In this document: positions 43,308-51,230 of the stretch, piece by piece
Position numbering within the stretch: the first letter of the stretch is position 1
How the letters are laid out: every line of letters starts with the position of its first letter
Source: Patescibacteria group bacterium
GTDB taxonomy: Bacteria; Patescibacteriota; Patescibacteriia; JACRDY01
Direction of reading: 5' to 3'
Length of the DNA stretch: 64,000 nt
Assembly: GCA_041653535.1 (NCBI GenBank)
Contig: JBAZFH010000001.1
Span: 6,052-70,051 of the forward strand
Notes under the pieces: model-generated
Seen by the model: the letters and a program-made list of their open reading frames with translations, nothing else
What the model was told of the DNA's origin: nothing
The model's database searches: none
Made by a program: the position numbers and the translations under genes

Positions 43308-43904
43308 TTATTGGGAAGTATTATTGATTTTGGCGAGGTGGCGCTGGATTATACCAATTATTCTTTCGACAGTGTCGTTCATCTTGCCTTCGTAGTTGAT
43401 TACAGTATAGTCGTAAAATTTGGCCTCTCCCAGTTCATCCTTTGCATTTTGTAGTCTTTTTTTAAACTCTTCCGGATCAATACCAGGGTCGCGGGTAATC
43501 AGACGATTTTTGATGCGAGAGATTCTGTCAGGCTTGATAAAAATTGATAGAGAATTTGGATAGAGTTTTTTTATAACTTTTTTGCCTTTTAACTCAAGGT
43601 TGATAACAATATTAATGCCATTTTTTAGCTTGTCCTCAATATCCTTTTTATTAGTGCCATAATAATGACCGCGATTTAAAACTTTGATATATTCCAAAAA
43701 TCCACCGGCTTTGATTTTTTTCTCAAAATCTTTAACGGAAAGAAATTTGTAGTCAACGCCGTTTTTTTCTCCAGGGCGGGGATCTCGAGAGGTATAAGTG
43801 GTGGTCATCTTGAGGTTTGGTATTTTTTGACACACAGCTTTGCTGACCGATGTTTCTCCGGCGCCAGTGGGACCGGCAATAACAAAAATTATTCCCCGCT
43901 TCAT
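43308..43904 (-). CDS. gmk: Guanylate kinase
   Basis: IAGPTGAG.T (P-loop variant), TT.TSR.PRPGE.NG.DY.F, YYGT. Confidence 0.9.
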   Translation of the reverse strand: MKRGIIFVIAGPTGAGETSVSKAVCQKIPNLKMTTTYTSRDPRPGEKNGVDYKFLSVKDFEKKIKAGGFLEYIKVLNRGHYYGTNKKDIEDKLKNGINIVINLELKGKKVIKKLYPNSLSIFIKPDRISRIKNRLITRDPGIDPEEFKKRLQNAKDELGEAKFYDYTVINYEGKMNDTVERIIGIIQRHLAKINNTSQ

Positions 43905-43909
43905 ATTTT

Positions 43910-44848
43910 TTATTTTGTTGTATTTAAGTAATTTTTCAGATCCGTAGGTAAATCGGAGGAAAACTCCTGCCATTGATTATCTGAGTCGTAAAATCCAAGT
44001 AGGTGAGAATGCAAAAATAGTCTGGGTGGAGGAGCGGTTTCTTTTTTTTGTTTTCTGATCGTGTAGAGTTTGTCGCCGGCCAGCGGGTGTCCCAGGGCTT
44101 TAAAATGAACGCGGATCTGATGAGTGCGACCGGTTTTAATCGTAACTCGAACCAAAGTATAGTTGATAAAGTATTTTACTACATGGTATTCGGTCAGCGC
44201 ATTTTTCCCTTCTTGGCTTAGTGGTCTTGCCGCCATTGTTCCAGCAGATGATCGAGCGATAGAAAAATTTATTGTTCCAGAGTCTTTTTCCATTTTGCCT
44301 CGGACTAGAGCGAGATATTCTTTTTTTACCTTGCGGTCGGCAAATTGACTTTTGAGAAAAATAAACATTTTTTTGTTACGGGCGACAACTAGCAGGCCAG
44401 AAGCATCTTTGTCGATACGATGAACAATGCCCGGGCGATTTTTGTCCTCACCTATTTTTTTTACCTCGGGATATTTTGTCGCTATCTTTTGGATTAGTGT
44501 TCCGGTTAGGTATTTGCTGTCAGGATGAACAGGAATACCAGATGGTTTATTGATTACTAAATAATCGTCGGTTTTGGCGATGATGTCTAGGTTGAAGGGA
44601 GGGAGTTTGGAGCTGGTAGGTGGTAGTTGGTAGTTGGGGACTTGGAAATTGGAACAATTTTTTTATCGATGGTTATCTTGTCGTTGGTTTTCAGAAATTC
44701 GTGGACTGATGGAATCTCGCCGTTAACTAAAACCGCGCCTGATTTGATCAGTTTCTGAACTTGGGCGCGAGGTAGGTCAAGTTTGGTGGTTAGCAAAACA
44801 TCAAGACGGTTATTGTTATCTTTAGATTTTACGGTTATTGATTTCATT
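43910..44848 (-). pseudogene. rluD: RluA/RluD-family pseudouridine synthase split by a -1 frameshift in the S4-to-catalytic linker
   Basis: Frame A has the S4 domain (RLD..L...L...R..VQ.LI..G.V.VNG) and stops at 44587; frame B has LVINKPSG..VHP, GIVHRIDKDASGL, TGRTHQIRVH, R.FLH. Confidence 0.8.
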
Positions 44849-44922
44849 ATAGTAGTGGGTAGTGGGTAGTGGGTAGTGATATTTTTAATAATTTTACTCA
44901 CTAATCAATACTCGCTACACTG

Positions 44923-46410
44923 TTAAGAAGTCAGTTTTTTAATAAATTTCATCGCTTGTTGTTTTGTCTTAACCCTTCCTCTTAATTGTTCCTCACGTAA
45001 CTTAGCAATTGCTCTACCAACGTGTGGCCCGGGTTTGATTTTGAGTATTTTAATAATCTCATTACCGTCGAGAATCGGAGCGGGCAATGTTTTTTTGTTT
45101 TTAGCTAGCTTGGCAAGAACAGCTATTCTTCTACGCAGAGCGGCGGAGTAGCTGATAAATTTTTCACCTTTGGCAGGAACAGTAGCCATTTCATCGGCGT
45201 GAATCAGTTTAATTAAATCCTGCCCCGCTGGAGCAATAAAAAAATATTTTTCTATGGTAGTGCTTTTCATTTCGGCAATGCGGCCATGAACGGCGATCAT
45301 GTGTTTGGCGATCAGCCAAAAAACTTTATCCGGGTCGCAATCAATATCAGCATCTTTGTAGGCAGATAGCTTTAGCCGATCGCATATTTCTTTGGCTTTT
45401 TTGGCGCCGACTAAGTCGTGTTCGTTAAAACGAATACGATCACTGCCGTTTTTTTCCGGAGTCTGAATAGTGTAAGGTTTACCAATATCGTGAAAAAGTA
45501 GGCCAATAATAAGATTGACCGAAGGATATCCAGGGTAAAGTTTTTGAAATCTTTTGCTAGTCAAAGTTTTTAGGGCTAAGACAGTGTGCTGCCAGACGTC
45601 GCCTTCGCTATGCCAATTGTTTGGCTGCGGACATTTTTTTATTTTTAGTAATTCTGGCATCAGTTGTTTGATAAAACCAGCTTGGTCGAAAAGTCCTAGT
45701 GCTAGTACTGGCGCGGCATAGAAAGCTTTGAGCAAATCTTTGGCAATAGTTTCGCGAGGAACCACAAAATCATTGCCATTTTTTTTGTTGATTTTTGGCG
45801 CCAGTTTTTTTATGGTTGCCCAGGTATTTTTTTCAATAGCAAAATCTAGCTGGCAGGCAAAGCGGATAGCGCGTAGCATCCGACTATAATCTTCGGCAAA
45901 ACGGACGGAGGGTTTACCAACGGCGCGAATGATTTTTTTTACCAAATCCTTTTGGCCGGCAAAAGGATCGACGATTTTACCGCTGATCAGGTCTAGAGCC
46001 ATGGCGTTGACAGTGAAGTCACGCCGAGAAAGGTCTTCTTCGATTTTCAGTCGGTAGTTGGTCTGGACTTTGAAATCGCGATAAGCTCCGCTGCGGTCGA
46101 TGGAATATTCGGTGCGGGGAAGAGCAATGTCAATAGGAGATGGGAACTGGGAACTAGGATCTGGTAGTTTTGGGTTGAACTTAAAAACACCGAAAGATTT
46201 GCCGACTAGGTCAACTTTGCCATTTTTTCTGAGAAAAGCTTCAAGGGGTTTAGCGGGTACGCCGCGGACGAGCAAATCGTAGTCTTTGATTTTTTTGTTC
46301 AGTAGCAGGTCGCGGACCGCTCCGCCAACCAAAAATACTTCCGCAGCAGGAAAAGTGCGGGTTACCTTTTGAGCTAATTGGATTATTGATTTGTCTATTT
46401 TATTTAGCAT
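44923..46410 (-). CDS. cca: CCA tRNA nucleotidyltransferase / poly(A) polymerase family with HD domain
   Basis: LVGGAVRD.LL....D.D, EDL.RRDFTVNAMA, F.ED..R.LRA.RF, H.EGDV..HT, HDIGK. Confidence 0.92.
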   Translation of the reverse strand: MLNKIDKSIIQLAQKVTRTFPAAEVFLVGGAVRDLLLNKKIKDYDLLVRGVPAKPLEAFLRKNGKVDLVGKSFGVFKFNPKLPDPSSQFPSPIDIALPRTEYSIDRSGAYRDFKVQTNYRLKIEEDLSRRDFTVNAMALDLISGKIVDPFAGQKDLVKKIIRAVGKPSVRFAEDYSRMLRAIRFACQLDFAIEKNTWATIKKLAPKINKKNGNDFVVPRETIAKDLLKAFYAAPVLALGLFDQAGFIKQLMPELLKIKKCPQPNNWHSEGDVWQHTVLALKTLTSKRFQKLYPGYPSVNLIIGLLFHDIGKPYTIQTPEKNGSDRIRFNEHDLVGAKKAKEICDRLKLSAYKDADIDCDPDKVFWLIAKHMIAVHGRIAEMKSTTIEKYFFIAPAGQDLIKLIHADEMATVPAKGEKFISYSAALRRRIAVLAKLAKNKKTLPAPILDGNEIIKILKIKPGPHVGRAIAKLREEQLRGRVKTKQQAMKFIKKLTS

Positions 46411-46443
46411 AACTGCCTTTATTGTATCATAGTTTGATAAATG

Positions 46444-46655
46444 AAAAGAGCAGGGGGGGACCTGCTCCGCGGGCAAAAACACCGACATGGCGTTTTTGTT
46501 TTTTTGGTTGCTGTTGAGAAGGCGTCGCTAGGTTTTCTCTGCCCCCCAAAACCATGTAAACACCCTCTGGCGTCCTGTCGTTCCAAATTTGATGGAATGG
46601 TTAATAGTGTTGTGACTACAGAACACAACAGGACTAGGCATGTGCACTGATGGTA
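46444..46655 (-). ncRNA. Candidate ~200-nt structured RNA or cca leader
   Basis: TTGACA(46684-46689)-16-TAAAAT; GTCCTGTTGT/ACGACAGGAC stem with branches; terminator GAGCAGG-CCTGCTC+T4. Confidence 0.45.
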
Positions 46656-46709
46656 TTTATTATTTTATTCTTTTTTAGGAACATGTCAATATTGATTTTT
46701 AAAGTAATA

Positions 46710-47245
46710 AAAAGACCCGAGTCAGTTGCGGCTCGGGCTATTTTTGCGGTTAGTTTAAGGCCGAGCCAGAGGAATATGGTGAGGATACCCATAAACCTCT
46801 GGCGTACTCTATGGTGGTGCCATTTTTTGGCGATTTTTGACGGTTTTCCTCTGAACCGTCAGGCACCTGGTCGCTTTGGTAGGCGTAAAGCCGCTAGCAA
46901 ATAAATTGCCTCGGCTTGCTACGGGCATCGCCACGCCATACTCACAGCGGTCGAGAACCCCACGGGTCTGCTTGATGATCAAGAGGAGGGCAAGATCTCC
47001 GCAGGGTTCGTCGCGCGCAACGCCGCCTCGGTCACGAGATTTATACTGGGCGGTAGTTGCGAAAAAAATCAAATCAAGTTGACAGCCCAGAGACAACTCC
47101 AGCCTCTCCTCAATATTCTGACCATCTTATTAACCAATGGCAGAGAAAAGGAGGTTTTGGCATTAGTGTCCCTGGGTCCAGTGACGCAAATTAATAGCGT
47201 CAATCTGGAAAATTTAAATTGTTAATATTTAATACTTCAGCTTGA
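46710..47245 (-). ncRNA. Candidate large (~530 nt) structured non-coding RNA, class unknown
   Basis: TTGACA(47275-47280)-17-AATAAT with TG extension; GC-rich nested hairpins; terminator at 46709-46745; no credible ORF. Confidence 0.55.
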
Positions 47246-47744
47246 TTAGGTATTATTGCACAGTAGTATTTTTTTGTCAATACTTTGGATGCAGATTCGG
47301 TAAAAGTTGGTTTAATTTGTTTAAATTTAGATAAAAATATGGGAAATATTTTATCCACAAAAAGAGACCTGATGGTGCAGGTCTCCTGTGGTTGAATTGT
47401 ATTAATCTTTGTGGTAATGAATTATGTGTGGTGCAATCTTGGGGGCGAAGGGCTGCACTTACGCTTCGGCGGTAAACGATATAACTAATTCCACGTCGGT
47501 TTCCTTTTTGCTGCTTGTTTCGCATGTTTGCTTAATTTATGTTTAACCGTTTTAATAACTATTGTTAACAATGGAAAGCATTGATTTAAGACAAAAAGGT
47601 GATATAATGCGAGGGAATTGATATTTGCGTATGCCTGCCTGCCGGCAGGCAGGTAGCTTCCACCCAAGGCGGACAGGCAGCGGTTATGCTCCTGCTTCGC
47701 GGGAGGGGTGCATTTTACAATTTGGTTTTTTACTTTTTATTTAT

Positions 47745-47820
47745 GCGCGTGTAGCTCAGCGGTTAGAGCATCGCCCTTATAAGGCGGGGGTCGATGGTTC
47801 AAATCCATCCACGCGCACCA
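47745..47820 (+). tRNA. tRNA-Ile(TAT)
   Basis: GCGCGTG/CACGCGC acceptor; TCGCC-CT-TAT-AA-GGCGG arm; CCA; last 21 nt repeated at 47903-47923. Confidence 0.9.
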
Positions 47821-48327
47821 GTGTGTTTTGTTTAGCAGCTCGGTTTTTACCTAATAATGTCGATCGATGGTTTGTCCCTTCGGGACATCTCCCGTAGGGA
47901 GACAAATCCATCCACGCGCACCATTCTTCGCTCGCTAGAGTGAAGAATGTCCTCCGTAGCTCGAAGAGCGAAGGAGGACGAAACGTTGTTCGTCTCTTTT
48001 AGTTCCGTCGCGAGCTTCGAATGGCGCGGCCATATTCTATTTATTAGGATTTCAGTATATTAAATTATTGACAATGGTCGTTTTTGGCTTTATAATCAGC
48101 AGCACTAATATTTAGTAGTTATTAATTTGTAATTTGAAATTATCTTTTGGGCGTATAGCTTCCACCTACGCCCTCATTACATTCGGGCTTCGGCGGACAA
48201 GCATCTGGTATTTCACCATTTGCCTGCCAGTCGAAGCTCGCCAGTAATGGCGAGTGTAGATTGGGGCGGTTAGCTCAGTTTCTGCCAGAGGCAGACCCGC
48301 CTTCGGCGGGGGTTAGATTGTTTTTTT

Positions 48328-48573
48328 ATGTCGGGAATATATGTTTTAAAAAGTTTAAAAAACGGTAAAAGATATGTGGGTAGTACTCGTAAAGATGTAG
48401 ATTTAAGGTTGAAAGAGCATAATTATGGGTCAAATGTTTGGACTAGGCAAAACGGACCTTTTAAATTAATTTATAAAGAAGGTTTTACTGACTATAAAGA
48501 TGCTTTGAAAAGAGAAAGATTTTTGAAGTCAGGCCAAGGCAGAAAATTTTTAGATAGTATTTTGGGCGGTTAG
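48328..48573 (+). CDS. Standalone GIY-YIG nuclease (UPF0213-like)
   Basis: GIYVLKS....RYVGST......RL..HN......T....P..L.Y.E......A..RE..LK. Confidence 0.9.
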   Translation: MSGIYVLKSLKNGKRYVGSTRKDVDLRLKEHNYGSNVWTRQNGPFKLIYKEGFTDYKDALKRERFLKSGQGRKFLDSILGG

Positions 48574-48640
48574 CTCAGCTGGTTAGAGCGTTACATTGAC
48601 ATTGTAAAGGTCACAAGTTCGAATCTTGTACCGCCCACCA
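48564..48640 (+). tRNA. tRNA-Val(GAC)
   Basis: GGGCGGT/ACCGCCC acceptor; TTACA-TT-GAC-AT-TGTAA arm; CCA; overlaps the GIY-YIG stop codon. Confidence 0.93.
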
Positions 48641-48682
48641 AAGGCAGAGACTATAGAAGTCTCTGTTTTTTGTTGTATAAAA

Positions 48683-48783
48683 TTAGCTCAGTTTCTGCCA
48701 GAGGCAGACCCGCCTTCGGCGGGGGTTAGAGCGTTACATTGACATTGTAAAGGTCCGTGGTTCGAGTCCACGTATGCCCACCA
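48683..48783 (+). pseudogene. Disrupted second tRNA-Val(GAC): D-loop insertion, 5' acceptor strand missing
   Basis: TAGCTCAG + double-hairpin insert + GGTTAGAGCG-anticodon arm-GTTCGAGTCCACGTATGCCCACCA. Confidence 0.7.
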
Positions 48784-48864
48784 AAAGAACACCAGTGATG
48801 GTGTTTTTTTGTTTATTTAAAAAAGCCGACATTGCTATGTGCATCGTCGGCTATTGTTTTGATG

Positions 48865-49224
48865 CTAATCTTCGTCATCGTCTTCTAGCCCGTCAGAGGG
48901 CGGAAAGATTTCTATTGGATGATCTTCATTGTCTAGTTTTATGGCTAGCGCTAGGAGCATCAAGGCGTTTCTGGTTCTGGGGCTGCGACCGCCTCCGAAA
49001 TAAGTTCGGAAACGTAATACTGGTCCATGATGACCGTCTGTGCATACCCAGGCGTCACCGTCTTCCGAAAACTGGACTATTATTTGTCCTTTTGCCGTTC
49101 CGTCATTATCATCATGAAGTCGGGCGAATGTTTCTTTCGACGATAGGTCTGGAATCTAAAAGGGGTTGTTTAGAACACGATAGGCGTCTTTGATTAATCT
49201 TGCCGTTCCCGGTTCCGGTGGCAT
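48865..49224 (-). pseudogene. Hypothetical protein interrupted by an in-frame TAG at codon 23
   Basis: AGGAG RBS; MPPEPGTARLIKDAYRVLNNPF*IPDL...DGDAW...LRFRTYFGGGRSPRTRNALMLLALAIKLDNE...; 120 codons in one frame. Confidence 0.65.
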
Positions 49225-49409
49225 TTGCATTTCTCCTTTTGAGGTTGGTTTTTAAAATAAGCAGTGTTTTTTTGGTGCGTTAATAAATGCTAGCAAAAGG
49301 TCGTGTGAATAGCAAATGGGTATTTTTGACAAAAAGGCTTAACATTGTTAATATTTATAGTCCATTGAAAATAAATAACTGTCGGAAATACATAGAAAGG
49401 GAGGGCACT

Positions 49410-50486
49410 ATGTCGCAAATTGAAAAAAAATTATTTGCTGCAACTGCGATTTTGCGTCGTTGTATTGGCAAGGAAGGTATCTGGGCCGACTCGACTCGTT
49501 ACCAGTATCAGTGCTGGACGCGTGATTTTGTATTGGCAGTGTTGGAAGTTTTGTTGCAATCGCAGCGAGACGACCTAATCCGAAAACATCTTCACGGCAT
49601 TGCCTTTCGGCAACAACCAAACGGTCAAATTCCGATCCTTTTTTTGGAAAATGAGTTTTGCTGGCTCTGGGAAAAAATCAAGCGCAGTATCAAAAATCGT
49701 AAAGTTTCTTTTATGCTGCGTCGGTACTTCACCGGACATCTGTGGGATCTTACTCCCGGGACAAGGGACTCGGAAATCATGTTTCTTGTCGGCATGTATG
49801 AATATGCCAAGCAGTCCGGCGACAACAGTTTGGTTGCCGAGCACAATGTCGGTTTGTACCGAGCGCAGACCTACATTGAAAAATTTTTAATGGAAAACGG
49901 TCTGGTCGTCGGTTGCGATTGGCGCGACACCATGGAGCGTGAGCTTGGCGACAAACCGCTACTGACCAACAATTCTTTGATGTATCGCGCTTATAATCTG
50001 ATGGGCGAAAAAGAAAAAGCCGATCGGTTGCGTGCGAACATCAATTCAGTGTTGTGGGACGGGCAGCGCTATCTGGATTATCCGGATAGCGAGCGCTTTG
50101 ATCCGCTCGGTGGCGCGTTGGCCGTACTGTATGATGTGGCTTTGCCGGAACGTTATGCCAGTATCATCGAAGGGTTCCGGTCGGTTGATACCGATCGCGG
50201 TGTAACCATTCAATGTCGGCATAATCCGATGGTTGCCGAAGAAGCCAAAGTGATCAACCGCACCAACGGCGTGGTGATCTGGCCATTTGTTCTCGGGTTC
50301 ACCGTCTTGGCTTTGATCAAGATGGGTGAGAAAAAGTTGGCCAAGGCGCAGTTCGACAAACTGGTCGCGCTTGACGGTTTCCGCGAGTGGTACGACCCAG
50401 CGACTGGCAAGGGTTATGGCGCCAAAGAGCAGCTTTGGTCCGCGGCGCTTTATTTGCGGGCACTGAGAGCGATTCGCAATATGTGA
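49410..50486 (+). CDS. Six-hairpin glycoside hydrolase (GH100/glycogen-debranching-like)
   Basis: Y...WTRD, Q..NGQIP, DW.D, NG..WP, F.EW, Q.WSAA motifs. Confidence 0.8.
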   Translation: MSQIEKKLFAATAILRRCIGKEGIWADSTRYQYQCWTRDFVLAVLEVLLQSQRDDLIRKHLHGIAFRQQPNGQIPILFLENEFCWLWEKIKRSIKNRKVSFMLRRYFTGHLWDLTPGTRDSEIMFLVGMYEYAKQSGDNSLVAEHNVGLYRAQTYIEKFLMENGLVVGCDWRDTMERELGDKPLLTNNSLMYRAYNLMGEKEKADRLRANINSVLWDGQRYLDYPDSERFDPLGGALAVLYDVALPERYASIIEGFRSVDTDRGVTIQCRHNPMVAEEAKVINRTNGVVIWPFVLGFTVLALIKMGEKKLAKAQFDKLVALDGFREWYDPATGKGYGAKEQLWSAALYLRALRAIRNM

Positions 50487-50500
50487 AAAAGGAAGAGAAT

Positions 50501-50746
50501 ATGTTCGAAATAACCAAGCCGATCGACACGGCAGCTGATACGCAAGGAGAGCTTCAGGTTTTTTCCGCAAGCCCTGAAGGAAGCGAAGTTGACCCCGGTA
50601 GCATTAGTCACGTTATTGGTAGTGACGAAGTGAGTATTCGGTCGAACGTCGCTTTCGGTGGATCGATTTCCGTGAAGGGACGGGAAAGTTTGAAACTTTT
50701 GAGGGATGCCTTGGTCAGTATATGCAAGACTGAGGATATTAAGTAA
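50501..50746 (+). CDS. Small hypothetical protein
   Basis: 81 aa behind an AAGGAAGAG RBS; terminator follows. Confidence 0.55.
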   Translation: MFEITKPIDTAADTQGELQVFSASPEGSEVDPGSISHVIGSDEVSIRSNVAFGGSISVKGRESLKLLRDALVSICKTEDIK

Positions 50747-50956
50747 GGATATTAAGTAATAAACAATCAACCAAAACCGGTGAGATGTAATATTTCGTCG
50801 GTTTTTTGTTTTAGGTGGCGCGCGGCTGCGTGGCTCGCAGCAAGGGGAAATACTGTTCCCAGCTACCAACTACCAGCTACTAACGTGGGGACAACCCTTT
50901 CTTGACATAATCGGTAAAGTTAAGTAAGATACAAAATTAACAGTTTATATAATTTT

Positions 50957-51112
50957 ATGAAAATTAATTGGCCAAAATACAACCTAATCGCCTACACCAA
51001 CCGCTTTGTTAGCGGAGCTTTTGGCATGCTTGTGGTTTTTCTAACCGCAATTGCTGCTGGCAGCTCTCTGAGGGCAGAATATTTTTGGCGCTTTTATTTT
51101 CTAATGACTTAA
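50957..51112 (+). promoter_or_regulatory. Putative leader peptide (51 aa) upstream of the ABC exporter
   Basis: ORF ending ...RAEYFWRFYFLMT; hairpin AAATATCCTGC/GCAGGATATTTTT at 51137-51166 before the ABC RBS. Confidence 0.45.
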
Positions 51113-51230
51113 TTTGTCTTATATATAAAAACCTCGAAATATCCTGCTCTAACGCAGGATATTTTTTAACCACCTCTCAAAAGCCACGAACTTTAACAAT
51201 TATATAGACCTTACCTAAAGGAGGTAGACC

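Noticed and set aside
47190-47215. AATAGCGTCAATCTGGAAAAT resembles an A-rich template for the DGR variable region
   Set aside because: Similarity is only ~20 nt, includes a non-adenine mismatch, is part of a hairpin, and no RT is nearby
47277-47667. Short minus-strand ORFs upstream of the large RNA candidate
   Set aside because: No RBS or recognisable motifs, and they cross hairpin and promoter elements
48774-49193. 139-aa plus-strand ORF
   Set aside because: Starts inside the tRNA remnant and is the antisense shadow of the amber-interrupted minus-strand gene
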